Shown piece after piece: positions 1 to 9,944 of a stretch of 64,000 bases of DNA. Source of the DNA: Candidatus Heimdallarchaeota archaeon. GTDB lineage: Archaea > Asgardarchaeota > Heimdallarchaeia > JABLTI01. Below the pieces are notes generated by a model. It was not told the origin of the DNA, ran no database searches, and saw nothing but the letters and a program-made list of their open reading frames with translations. The DNA lies in contig DXJV01000001.1 in the NCBI GenBank assembly GCA_019056785.1, positions 1 to 64,000 on the forward strand, in the 5' to 3' direction. The position numbers were made by a program, and so were the translations under genes. The number at the start of each line of letters is the position of its first letter. The first letter of the stretch is position 1.

Positions 1-1362
1 AATTGAACTATGGTTCACTAAATCATCAATAAATAAAACATTATAATTTGTGATTTTCGCATCACTAGCAAGTAAAATGTCAGCCCATTTCCCATTTCTA
101 ATGTCAAACTTATCCACAAAACCATAGACGGCCGTTTTCATCGCTTCATCTAATAATGGCGGTAAATCAGAATCCGTACCAAAACGTTTGGCAAAGTCAC
201 CTTTAATACTATATGGCGCAACAACAGCAACAGCTAATAAATCTTCAGACCAAAATTCGGTATTTATAGTATTCCACATAGAAGGATAAACTTCACGATA
301 ATTTTTCGTTCGAGAAGGAGAAAAAGAACTTTCAGCTTTTGCTAATGCTCTCGCAGAGACATTTAAAAATTGAAAAATATCTTCAATCGGGCTATTAGTA
401 AACTCAGAGACTATTTCTTGGTTAACACTAAAAATAGGACTAAAAGTCATTTCGGCAAAATCTAACTCAAGAGTTTCAGAAAAAAGTAAATTCTTACCGT
501 TTGTTATGCCAGTAACTGAATGAACTTTTCCTTTGGCAAAGTCTTCATGACCAATAATTAATCTATATTTACCAGAACTACTCTCACGAACTCGAGCACT
601 ATACAAATCAATTAAACCAAAGCGACGGGAAAAACGATTAAATAAGGATTCAACTTGCTTCCAAGCAGAAAATTGCCCGGAACGTAAAGCACCAAGAAGA
701 GAACCTTTAAATCTTTGAGCAAAATCATTTCGATTAATAAGCAATGACCTGGCTTCTTCGGGAACCATTTGTAAGTTATGAGCTGAGCGATACAATTGAT
801 TCAAATACAACTCTAAAGGCATAAATTTACTCAAACTAATATATCGCTGACCCTTTTGGGGACCACGATCGTAAGTTTTGATCATACCAATGACAGTACC
901 ATTCGTGGCAATAAGAGAACTCCTGAATTCAAGATCACCACAAATGGAAACAAAACGACCAAGCTCAATCCAGTTTTCACGCAAATCATCAACAGGATTA
1001 AAGCCAAAAAGATACTCATCACGACCAAAACCATGAGGCTCAGGATTAAGATACCATTGGGGCTCAAGTACTTTACCGGAACCACAATATTGAGCAAATT
1101 GCTCATAAATAGTGTAATTAAAACCTAAAAAGAGTTCATTCAAGTCTGAAGCTAAAGCAGTGAAATCTTGAAAACGCTGACGCTCAAAATTGGACAATCG
1201 AAGAGAATAATCCAAGGAATTAGAAGAAAATTGCAAGACAAGGATTGCTTGTGATGATAAGATAACTAGAGCAAAGGTTAAGAATATCTGCTCTATCCTC
1301 TTCCAAGTAATATTAAAATTTAAAAAATTACCCAGTTGATTTTTTCCTTTCAAAGTATACAC
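1..1362 (-). CDS. Hypothetical N-terminally anchored/secreted protein, partial (runs off left edge, >450 aa)
   Basis: Manually translated stop-free frame from GTG 1362 (or TTG 1353) to position 1: VYTLKGKNQ..IFLTFALVILSSQAILVL..FLGFNYTIYEQ..IDDLVNHSSI. Not in the ORF track because there is no stop codon inside the window. Confidence 0.8.
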   Translation of the reverse strand, partial: MYTLKGKNQLGNFLNFNITWKRIEQIFLTFALVILSSQAILVLQFSSNSLDYSLRLSNFERQRFQDFTALASDLNELFLGFNYTIYEQFAQYCGSGKVLEPQWYLNPEPHGFGRDEYLFGFNPVDDLRENWIELGRFVSICGDLEFRSSLIATNGTVIGMIKTYDRGPQKGQRYISLSKFMPLELYLNQLYRSAHNLQMVPEEARSLLINRNDFAQRFKGSLLGALRSGQFSAWKQVESLFNRFSRRFGLIDLYSARVRESSSGKYRLIIGHEDFAKGKVHSVTGITNGKNLLFSETLELDFAEMTFSPIFSVNQEIVSEFTNSPIEDIFQFLNVSARALAKAESSFSPSRTKNYREVYPSMWNTINTEFWSEDLLAVAVVAPYSIKGDFAKRFGTDSDLPPLLDEAMKTAVYGFVDKFDIRNGKWADILLASDAKITNYNVLFIDDLVNHSSI

Positions 1363-1561
1363 CAAGACATAATTTTTTTAGAAAAAAAGCCAAGAGAATA
1401 AACATGACAATTTTTCTACTTATTAACTGGAAATTTTTCTTTAAAAACACCTAAATGCCTTTAATCCGAAAAATTATCCCACTCAATCCAAAAAAAAAAC
1501 ACGCAATAAAAATATATAAATTTTTTTTTAAAAAAAAGAACAAAAAAGCAACGCAAAAATG

Positions 1562-1593
1562 AGTAACAACACAAAAAATAAGTAACAACACAA
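1562..1593. repeat. 13-bp direct repeat AGTAACAACACAA x2 in divergent intergenic region
   Basis: Exact copies at 1562-1574 and 1581-1593. Confidence 0.7.
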
Positions 1594-1669
1594 GACGGCA
1601 AAAATTTTTAAAGGAGTATTCTATTAAAATATAAAGACGCAAAAAAAACGCGTCAAAAAAAACTTCTAA

Positions 1670-3469
1670 GTGGAAGGTACAAAAACTTTGATCAAGAAGG
1701 ATTTAAGAAGAATGGTACTTCCTATCGCAGTAATGATATGTCTAAGTGTAATGCCGTTCATGGCAACACCAACAAAAGCTGCAAATCCGGCACCATTCTT
1801 CTCAATAAGTATACTTGCACCAAATACCAATCCAGCAAGAAACCAATGGTCGACTTTGATGGCCGAGCAATTACCCAAGATTGGTATTGGTATTGATGTT
1901 TTCGACCACACTGGTTGGTCTCAAATTTCCCCTAGGACTTGGGGTTATCCTGGTCCTTATCCTATTCCTTCCTACGCTGAGGGTGGTTATGACATTCTCT
2001 TCGTTGGTTGGTCTTGGGGTCTTGATTGGGATCCTACCGGTTTGTATGACAGTCCCTCTGTTACTCCTTATGGTGACAACTTCTATCAATATGAGAATCC
2101 TGAGATGGACTGGGCTATTGGCAACTACACCAGTTCTTTCGTCTTAGACGATCGTATTTACTGGGCCAAGCAGATTCAGGCTATCTTGTATGAAGATTTG
2201 CCTCAAACGACTATTATCTATCCTTTGAGTCTCTTTCCTCATGATTCTAATTTTGAGGGCTGGAGTGGTCTTCTCTGGGCTTCCAATTATCAGCCCATGG
2301 AGAACTGGAGCATTGCTGGTCAGACTGAATTCCACTATGCTACCCCCGCTGACTTTGAAGACTTCCACATCTATAAGTATGAGTCTGTTTATGACGCTCA
2401 ATGGTTGCGCCAGATCTACAATGGTTTGGTTGAACGCGATCCTTTGAACGACAACGCTTATGGTCCTCGCATTGCTACTTCTTTCAGTAGTACTGATGGC
2501 TTAACCTACAATATTGAAATCAACCCCGACGCTGTTTGGGCTGATGGTCACCCCTTGACTGCTTACGATGTTAACTATTCTTATCACTTGATGGTTACCC
2601 CTGAATTCAACAATCCATCCTATGCTTACTGGACCCAATACATTGACAATAATTCTGTCCAATGGGATCCTGCTACCAGCAATTACACCCTTAGCATTAC
2701 TTTCAAGAAAGAATATGTCTTCCAGGATAGTAACATTGGTTTAGACCTCATTCCAATGCACATTTGGGGAGCCATTGATTACGCCGACCAAGAAGCTCAA
2801 GCTATTGACTGGGCTACCAATGACCCCGGCAAGCTTTTTGGTTGTGGTCCGTATATGCTTGAAGAGTATGATGCTACGAACGGCATTATTCATCTGACTA
2901 AGAATCCTCACTTCAAGGACTGGTTTGGTTCTGATCCCAAATTCGATGACATCTACTTCGAATTCTATGGCAGCAAAGAAGGTGCTCTCAGCGCCCTTGC
3001 TTCTGGTGCTATTGACATGGTTGACGCCCAATTCTCACCCCAGCTTGATGAGATTCCTGCTGGTGCCGGCTACACTCTCGTTCGAGATCCTGGCACCCAA
3101 GAAATTGCTTTCAACACCAAGCATCCCTACCTTGGTACAGGTGAGAGCTGTCCCATTAGCGACACCGAATCCGGTAAGCACATCCGCAAGGCTATCAGTC
3201 ACATGATCCCAAGAGAAATCATTGTTGAAGAGATTCTCAATGGTCTTGGTGCTCCTGGTGTCACCGGTTGTCCTAACGTCGCTGTTGGTTATGACGAGTC
3301 TCTCGAACCCTACGAATACAGCATTGACTTAGCCAAAGCCGAGATGGAAGCCGCTGGATTTGAATATCCACCTGATACTGCCACCACTGGTATTGGCTTA
3401 TACGTTGTCATGAGCATCTTGGCTCTTGCTGGTGCAAGTCAAGTAATCTTCTTAAAGAGAAGAAAATAA
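1670..3469 (+). CDS. ABC transporter substrate-binding protein, family 5 (OppA/DppA-like), C-terminally membrane anchored
   Basis: WADGHPLTAYDV and GCGPYML motifs, IRKAISH; signal peptide; C-terminal TM helix followed by KRRK. The true start may be slightly downstream. Confidence 0.9.
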   Translation: MEGTKTLIKKDLRRMVLPIAVMICLSVMPFMATPTKAANPAPFFSISILAPNTNPARNQWSTLMAEQLPKIGIGIDVFDHTGWSQISPRTWGYPGPYPIPSYAEGGYDILFVGWSWGLDWDPTGLYDSPSVTPYGDNFYQYENPEMDWAIGNYTSSFVLDDRIYWAKQIQAILYEDLPQTTIIYPLSLFPHDSNFEGWSGLLWASNYQPMENWSIAGQTEFHYATPADFEDFHIYKYESVYDAQWLRQIYNGLVERDPLNDNAYGPRIATSFSSTDGLTYNIEINPDAVWADGHPLTAYDVNYSYHLMVTPEFNNPSYAYWTQYIDNNSVQWDPATSNYTLSITFKKEYVFQDSNIGLDLIPMHIWGAIDYADQEAQAIDWATNDPGKLFGCGPYMLEEYDATNGIIHLTKNPHFKDWFGSDPKFDDIYFEFYGSKEGALSALASGAIDMVDAQFSPQLDEIPAGAGYTLVRDPGTQEIAFNTKHPYLGTGESCPISDTESGKHIRKAISHMIPREIIVEEILNGLGAPGVTGCPNVAVGYDESLEPYEYSIDLAKAEMEAAGFEYPPDTATTGIGLYVVMSILALAGASQVIFLKRRK

Positions 3470-3630
3470 GCCGTCTGGCTATTTTCTTTTTTTCTTTTTC
3501 TTTTTTTTGTTCTTCTTCTCGAAAGTTCTTGTCGTTCTTTTGAATTTTAATTTTAAGCAAAATCCTTTAAAGTGATAGCACTTACATAATTTCAAGACCA
3601 CAAAAATATATAAAAAACCATTTCATCTTT

Positions 3631-3653
3631 GATTACCATTAGTGATGGTAATC
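3631..3653. promoter_or_regulatory. Perfect inverted repeat GATTACCAT-N5-ATGGTAATC, putative operator downstream of a TATA-like box
   Basis: 9-bp arms; ATATATAAA lies at about 3606-3614; the next gene starts at 3701. Confidence 0.5.
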
Positions 3654-3700
3654 TTCCGATAAAATAATTACACAAGTCTGAGAAGAGATGTGAACTACAA

Positions 3701-5116
3701 ATGAATTCAACCAAATTGAGACATCTAAGTGTTATTTTCGTTGTAACAATCGCCGCTGTTATTCTTGTTGGTGTGCCTTTTCTAACTGTTCGTGCTGAAA
3801 CAGTTCAAATGGCTTACTATGATTTTTACATTCAACCCTCTCGTCCTGAGGTTATTGCTGAGAGTAGTTTTGTTCTTAGCGCGGAAAATCAGTATGTCGA
3901 AGGCATTCCTGAGGACTATGCCATTGGCCATCGTTCTGATTCTGGGACTTATTATCTCGAGGTCTGGAGTGATGCCCGTGTTGAAGTTTACATTCTTGAT
4001 TCGAGTGGTTTTTTCAGTCAATATGCTGAATATATCTCAGAATTTGTTGGCAATAACCCCCCTGATCCTTACACCTTCTTCTTTATTTGTGATGGCTATT
4101 TAAAGGTTGAATTCACTACTACCATCTCCCCCAAGCTTATTTTCTTTTCTGAGGGCGTTCACGTTTCAGGCAATTATTTGCTTACAGAGGGCACTGGTGA
4201 GATTATCTATCAGCCCTATCATATGCAAATTGTTGGTGGCGACCGAACCACCTTTGACACTGTTCATATCTTTAACCTTAATGCCTCTGTGAATGTTTAC
4301 ATTTTAGATGATGATCAATATACTTCCTACAAGTTAACTCCCCAAACTCCTCCCAGCAGTTTAAATAACATTGCCTATGAGACCGGCATTACTGAAACCA
4401 AACTCAATTACACTGCCGAAGCAGGGGTTACGTATCATCTCATCATTTGGCATTATGAATTTCATGACGGCGTTTCCGGGACAATTATTTATACCTATAC
4501 CTACAAGCCGGGCTTTTTCGAGTCTTACTGGTCCCTCTTACTCCTCGTTGTTCTGGCCATTGGCTTGACCGTGTTCTTAGTCTTCCACAAGAAGACCCTC
4601 CCCCCTGTTGTGTGGACTTTCTCCAAAGCACGCTTTTATGTTCTTAAGAAACCCTGGGAAGCTTTCAAGAAGTACCTTGTTGAGATTAAAGGTAATTACA
4701 TTGATATTAGTGAATCCATCCGGGGCATTTCGGACTTGGAACAGTACCGGAAAGAAAAAGAGATTATTTCTCCCCATAATCAATGGCTTGTTGCCTCTCT
4801 CAGCCTTATCTTTCCTCTGAGTCTTCATCACTTTATTGTCAAGAAGTTTACAAATGGTATTTATTCCATCCTTCTGAATGTCCTGGCTATTCTCCTCTTC
4901 TTAGGTGCTGCAACCGAATTTAGCAATCAGATTATCGGTTTGGGCATTATTTTCTTACTCTTAGGGGTAGTATTGATAGTCCCCTACATTCTCGATATTG
5001 TTGCAGCGTTTGTTGGTGTCTTTAAAGATAACAAAGGACGAGTAATAAATCGCAAACTCTCCAAAATTGATGAGGAAAAAGAGGAGCAAGAGAAAACAAA
5101 AGAAAGCAAACAATAA
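3701..5116 (+). CDS. Membrane protein: extracellular beta-rich region, TM helix and C-terminal TM2-like domain
   Basis: Signal peptide; TM at about aa 277-295; C-terminal LSLHHFIVKK..GI..LDIV..FKDNKGR resembles TM2 domains. Confidence 0.6.
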   Translation: MNSTKLRHLSVIFVVTIAAVILVGVPFLTVRAETVQMAYYDFYIQPSRPEVIAESSFVLSAENQYVEGIPEDYAIGHRSDSGTYYLEVWSDARVEVYILDSSGFFSQYAEYISEFVGNNPPDPYTFFFICDGYLKVEFTTTISPKLIFFSEGVHVSGNYLLTEGTGEIIYQPYHMQIVGGDRTTFDTVHIFNLNASVNVYILDDDQYTSYKLTPQTPPSSLNNIAYETGITETKLNYTAEAGVTYHLIIWHYEFHDGVSGTIIYTYTYKPGFFESYWSLLLLVVLAIGLTVFLVFHKKTLPPVVWTFSKARFYVLKKPWEAFKKYLVEIKGNYIDISESIRGISDLEQYRKEKEIISPHNQWLVASLSLIFPLSLHHFIVKKFTNGIYSILLNVLAILLFLGAATEFSNQIIGLGIIFLLLGVVLIVPYILDIVAAFVGVFKDNKGRVINRKLSKIDEEKEEQEKTKESKQ

Positions 5117-5213
5117 TCCTCCCTTTCTCTCTCCCCCTCTTTTTTTTTGATTTTTTTACGAACATTTCTATATTTGAATTGAATAGTGAAAAGTAAAGTT
5201 GTTGTGATAAGCC

Positions 5214-5678
5214 TTGCCAAGTGATTCCGAAGAATTGGTTTCTATTTCAGAGGAGCATTCTACTGAACCGCCATCTGTTCCCCCGGCAACTCCCCCCGCC
5301 GGGGATGGTAGCATCCCCTATGAGACAATGGTTGTCAAATTGAATTGGTTCCGAGTCGTTCTTGTCTCCCTTATTGTGACGGCCTTCATCACAGCCCTTA
5401 CCTTTTTCGTTGTCTGGCTCATCGCTTTTAATTACTCTGTTGTCTGGGCATTTCTTGATTGGATATTCTTTATTGAATGTGGCATTTTATTCACTTTTGG
5501 TGGTTGTTTAGGCACCTGGAAACAATCCTTCTCCTTAAATGTTATTAACCGTCGATTATTCAAAGGCGACAAGCTTACCGGTGCAGACACGAAACTTGCG
5601 ATTGGAAGTTCTTATTCCTACATCTTTTCCGCTCTCCTTTTAGGTCTTATCTCTGTAATTCTCTTTATTATTTACTGA
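5214..5678 (+). CDS. Small 3-TM membrane protein (paralogue of the next gene)
   Basis: Three hydrophobic segments; WIFFIECG motif. Confidence 0.65.
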   Translation: MPSDSEELVSISEEHSTEPPSVPPATPPAGDGSIPYETMVVKLNWFRVVLVSLIVTAFITALTFFVVWLIAFNYSVVWAFLDWIFFIECGILFTFGGCLGTWKQSFSLNVINRRLFKGDKLTGADTKLAIGSSYSYIFSALLLGLISVILFIIY

Positions 5679-5767
5679 CATTTGAGTCATTTATTCAACT
5701 CGATTTTTTTTTATTTGTGAAAAGTGACAAATAATTAGTAACTAGTAAGATTCTCAAAGGTATTAAG

Positions 5768-6307
5768 TTGGTAAAACAACCGGGCGGCAAAGAACAGATT
5801 TCCTCACCCAAAAAGTTCGACGATTTCCAAGAATTCTCTGAGAATTTGTTTGCCAGCTCTCCCCCTAAGGAAATACACCCTTCATATGAGGATCCGGCTT
5901 TTCTCATGGTTTCCTCGGATGGTGTTCGTCGGAGTGTTTGTCGTCAGGATTATCAAATCTACCGTTTTAATTTTGCCAGTTGTTGTCAAGCAATCGCTCT
6001 TATTCTGACGTTTTTAATGCTTATCAATTCACTGCTCTATTTAAGTTTTCAACTCCAGGCTGCTCCTCGTCCTGATTGGCCGTATGTTCTTTCTTGGATC
6101 TTTTTTGCTGAAAGTGGTGGTTTGCTCTTGTTCTCTGGATTAGCCATCCCAAAGTTCACTATTACTGTTAAGAAGTTTCGTTTATCAAAGAATTTTAACC
6201 CTCATATAAGTCAGCTTCAGTTTGCTTTTGTCCATTCTTTGACTTATTTCATTAGTGGTCTTCTTATGGTTGCTCTTTCTTTTATTGCTTATAATGCTTT
6301 GACATGA
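5768..6307 (+). CDS. Small 3-TM membrane protein (paralogue of the previous gene)
   Basis: Three hydrophobic segments; WIFFAESG motif. Confidence 0.65.
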   Translation: MVKQPGGKEQISSPKKFDDFQEFSENLFASSPPKEIHPSYEDPAFLMVSSDGVRRSVCRQDYQIYRFNFASCCQAIALILTFLMLINSLLYLSFQLQAAPRPDWPYVLSWIFFAESGGLLLFSGLAIPKFTITVKKFRLSKNFNPHISQLQFAFVHSLTYFISGLLMVALSFIAYNALT

Positions 6308-6355
6308 ATTGCAAAAAGAAAGTGCCGGGAAATTTTCCCAGCTTGATCCTTGTCC

Positions 6356-9300
6356 TTAGAGCTGTTCTATTGCTAGTCCCAATTCCCGTTTTGCGACTTT
6401 AATTCTTTTTGTTACTTCCTCAGTCTTTGCTCTTGTTATCTCTTTTGCTAATGTTTCCGTTGTTATGTGCGTTTTAAATTGTTCTAAAAGCTTCCAAAGG
6501 AAATCGTCCGTAGCAACTTTTATCCTTATTTTGTTATTCAGCTGTAAATTTAGTTCTTTTCGCATTGTTTGGATAACACGTATTATGTCTCGTGCGTAAG
6601 CTTCAAACAAAAGCTCTTCTGTTAATTTTGTATCCAAGGCAACAGCAAAGAAGTCATTTGTTGCTATTGCGTGTTGATCTTCTGAAAGGACATTGACCAA
6701 TAAATCTTCGTTGAGTTTTAATTTGAGTGGTGGTTCTTGTGCACTTGTGCTTATTTCTAGCAGTTGGTTTCCTTGATAGAACGCTTTCTGGATTTCTGCT
6801 TGTGGGATTGTTGTAAGTGCTTCTTCCAAAGCTTTTATTTTTCCTTTTAATTTCGGTCCGAGGACCGGGTAATTTGGTTTTACTGTGAACTTGAGCATCT
6901 GAAGCGGTTTCTTTGCGATTGTCAATTTCTTGACATTTAGTTCTTCTTGGATGACTTTTTTGAATTCCTGCAAGATTGTTTCATGTTGTTTCTTTTTGCA
7001 CCACACAAAGAATTCCTTCAAAGGTTGGCGTAGTCGGAGGTTTGCCTTGCTTCTTGTCATGCGTCCCAGTTTCACGACAGAAAGGACCACTGCCATTTTT
7101 TCTTCCAGCTCAACATTTATTTTTCGTCTGTTTGTTTTTGGGTAAGAAGAAAGGTGGACACTTTCAGGATAGCGCCGAAGATTGGCAGTAAGCATTTGAA
7201 ATAGTTTCTCGCTAAAGAATGGCACAAAGGGAGCTATAAGACGGGTTAGTGTTAGAAGAGTTTCATAGAGGGTATGATATGCACTCAGTTTATCTTGCGT
7301 CATTTTCGATACCCAAAAGCGTCGTTTCCCGCGGCGTAAATACCAGGTGGACATTTTTTCAACGAACGTTTCCAAGTCTATTATCGCTTGGCTAAAGTGT
7401 GCTTTGTCGCAATTTTCTCGTACGCGTTTGATTAAACTATTGAGAGATGACAGCAGCCATTGATCTAAAAGTGGTGGTTCATAGTTTTCCGGCAGTCTTT
7501 GTTTTACAGGGTTAAATTTGTCTAATGTTGCAAGTGAGGAAAAGAATGAATAGGTGTTCCAAATTGTTAAGAAGAACTTTTTCACTTCTTTCTCGAGATA
7601 AAAACCAAAGTTCATTACTTGATGGAGTGGTTGTTTGGCAAATGCCCAGCGCATCACATCTGCGCCCATTCGTTCTACTACCTCTTTGAACCAGATGGCA
7701 TTTCCCCAGCTTCGATGCATTGGTCTCCCATCTTTGTCATGAACTTTTTCATGGACTATGACTCGTTTGTAGGGTGGTTCTCCGGTAAGGGTGACGCTGA
7801 TAAAGAGTAGCGAGTAAAACCATAATCGTATTTGTTCGCGCATCTCACAAACGGCGTCTGCAGGGAACCATTGTTTCCAATAGTGTGGCTCTGTAAGATA
7901 TTTTAGTGTCGAGTAAGGCACTATGCCAGCGTCGAGCCAACAATCGCCAACTTCTTTGACCTTTGGTACTTGCGCGTTGCATTTTGGGCAGTTGATAACT
8001 ACGTTATCGATCCAAGGGCGGTGTAATTCCTCCAGTTTCTCTGTTCCGGCTATCGCTCTCTCGAGTAATTCTTCCTTCGAACCAACCACTGTTAAAGTGT
8101 TGCACTCAGGACATTCGAAGAAGGGTAATGGTAGCCCCCAATAGCGTTTTCTCGAGATGCACCAATTGCCCATATTGTTTAACCAGTCAAGCATTCGTTT
8201 GCCATAGTAGTTTGGTACCCATTCTACCTTTTCTATTGCTTTCTTTAAGAGAGGGCGAATTTCTGTCGAGTCGATAAACCATTCATCTACAAGGCGAAAG
8301 ATTAACTCTTCATGGCAACGCCAGCAGGTGGGATAGCGATGCGTATACTCCTCTTTCTTATAGAGTAATGCCCTTCGTTGAAGCTCTTCTATAACTCTTT
8401 TAGATGCTGCTTTGGTATCAAGTCTAGCTAAGAACCCATATTCCTTGAAAAAAACGCCGAATTCATCCACTGGAGAAAGAACCTCAAGGTTATGACGCTT
8501 TCCAAGTTCGTAATCCTCTGCACCACAACCCGGTGCGATATGTACAAACCCCGTCCCTTCTTCTGCTGAAATATCGGTCCAATCAACAACGACATGCTGA
8601 ACCTTCTTCTGTGCAGGTAAGGCTTTAAACGGCGTGAGATAGTGTTTGCCAAGGAGCTCTTCCCCTTGAACTTTTGATAAGAGCTGGTAGTTTCCTTTTA
8701 GGATATGAAGAGCTTCTTTTGCTAGATAAAAGGTCTCGTTTCCTTGTTTTACTTTACAGTAAGTGTTTGTAGGATTTACAGCCACAGCCGTGTTTGCTGC
8801 CAGCGTCCAGGGTGTGGTTGTCCATACAAGAAGAAACTCCGGCTCGGTGGTAGGAGTTTGATCCAACTGGAATTTTACGAAAACACTTGTGTGGGTTAAT
8901 TGTTTATATGCGTCGTATTGCTCATGTTGAGAGAGCGATGTACCACAGCGAGGACACCAAGGCATAGGATAGTGCCCTTTTATCAGCCACCCTTTTTCTT
9001 GACATTTTTTCAAAAAATACCAGATGTAGGAGATATTTGTGTCTGTATGTGTGAAATAGGAGTTCTCCCAATCCATCCATTGTCCCAGCCGCTTCGAATC
9101 CTCTGTGATGATCGCTGAAAATTTCCGAATCCGGGTTTTACATTTCTCTGAGAATTGCTCTAAGCCATATTCTTCTATCGCTCTCTTCGAGTTCAAGCCA
9201 AGAGCTTTTTCAACTTCGACTTCAATCCATAACCCTTGACAATCAAAACCGTTCTGAAATCTTTGTGCATAACCTTTCATCGCCCAGTATCGTTGTATGA

Positions 9301-9547
9301 TATCTTTAAGCGATCTGCCCCATGTATGATGTAAACCCATGGGATTATTTGCAGTTATAGGTCCATCGATGAATGAGAACTTTTTTTGATAGCTTTGATT
9401 TTGTGTCAAGAATTTTTTAAAAACGTTTTGTGAACTCCAAAAGTTAAGCATTTCATGTTCAAGTTTCACTAAGTCAAGCTCTGCATCCACAGGAGGGAAG
9501 AGAGCTTCCTCTACCGTATCCATCTTCATATTAGAAGTGGTTTTCAT
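6356..9547 (-). CDS. ileS: Isoleucine--tRNA ligase (type 2, non-canonical GXHH signature)
   Basis: DGPITAN..GLHH, GFDCQG, WTTTPWTL, GTGFVHIAP, WCISR.RYWG, PMHRS in place of KMSKS; 1063 aa. Confidence 0.95.
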   Translation of the reverse strand: MKTTSNMKMDTVEEALFPPVDAELDLVKLEHEMLNFWSSQNVFKKFLTQNQSYQKKFSFIDGPITANNPMGLHHTWGRSLKDIIQRYWAMKGYAQRFQNGFDCQGLWIEVEVEKALGLNSKRAIEEYGLEQFSEKCKTRIRKFSAIITEDSKRLGQWMDWENSYFTHTDTNISYIWYFLKKCQEKGWLIKGHYPMPWCPRCGTSLSQHEQYDAYKQLTHTSVFVKFQLDQTPTTEPEFLLVWTTTPWTLAANTAVAVNPTNTYCKVKQGNETFYLAKEALHILKGNYQLLSKVQGEELLGKHYLTPFKALPAQKKVQHVVVDWTDISAEEGTGFVHIAPGCGAEDYELGKRHNLEVLSPVDEFGVFFKEYGFLARLDTKAASKRVIEELQRRALLYKKEEYTHRYPTCWRCHEELIFRLVDEWFIDSTEIRPLLKKAIEKVEWVPNYYGKRMLDWLNNMGNWCISRKRYWGLPLPFFECPECNTLTVVGSKEELLERAIAGTEKLEELHRPWIDNVVINCPKCNAQVPKVKEVGDCWLDAGIVPYSTLKYLTEPHYWKQWFPADAVCEMREQIRLWFYSLLFISVTLTGEPPYKRVIVHEKVHDKDGRPMHRSWGNAIWFKEVVERMGADVMRWAFAKQPLHQVMNFGFYLEKEVKKFFLTIWNTYSFFSSLATLDKFNPVKQRLPENYEPPLLDQWLLSSLNSLIKRVRENCDKAHFSQAIIDLETFVEKMSTWYLRRGKRRFWVSKMTQDKLSAYHTLYETLLTLTRLIAPFVPFFSEKLFQMLTANLRRYPESVHLSSYPKTNRRKINVELEEKMAVVLSVVKLGRMTRSKANLRLRQPLKEFFVWCKKKQHETILQEFKKVIQEELNVKKLTIAKKPLQMLKFTVKPNYPVLGPKLKGKIKALEEALTTIPQAEIQKAFYQGNQLLEISTSAQEPPLKLKLNEDLLVNVLSEDQHAIATNDFFAVALDTKLTEELLFEAYARDIIRVIQTMRKELNLQLNNKIRIKVATDDFLWKLLEQFKTHITTETLAKEITRAKTEEVTKRIKVAKRELGLAIEQL

Positions 9548-9551
9548 AGTT

Positions 9552-9572
9552 TCAAATTTGATGATTCCTCAT
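9552..9572 (-). other. Putative uORF2 MRNHQI ending 4 nt before the ileS ATG
   Basis: ATG AGG AAT CAT CAA ATT TGA with GGAGA upstream. Confidence 0.3.
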
Positions 9573-9644
9573 TTCAATTATTCTCCAAAAATATTTTGTC
9601 TGCAAGAAAAGTAGGTTCCACTAGGTATAGTAAGAAAATGCTGT

Positions 9645-9671
9645 TCAGGATATAATTTCTTGATCCCTCAT
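9645..9671 (-). other. Putative uORF1/leader peptide MRDQEIIS in the ileS leader
   Basis: ATG AGG GAT CAA GAA ATT ATA TCC TGA preceded by SD-like AGGTGA. Confidence 0.35.
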
Positions 9672-9944
9672 GTTTTTTCACCTAATGGGACTTCTTGTAA
9701 ATGTTTTGAAGCTAAAAGTTTCTTTTAAAGTTTTCCATAAACGGCGTTCTAAACTCTTTTCTAATCCAAACTGCCTGAGACGCTCCTCGAGCTTCGAGAG
9801 AAAAGCTCTTTCTAAGCAAAACCCTTTTAAAATCATTTAAAAAGCTTCATTTATAAATAGAGCTTTATAAAGGATAAATACCTTATAAAAGCAATTAACA
9901 ACAGTGGAATACTTGAATAGTCTTTAGTTAGGAGAAAAAATACT

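Noticed and set aside
856-1128. ORF-track entries 856-1128(+) and 882-1106(-)
   Set aside because: They are shadows of the long minus-strand frame at 1-1362.
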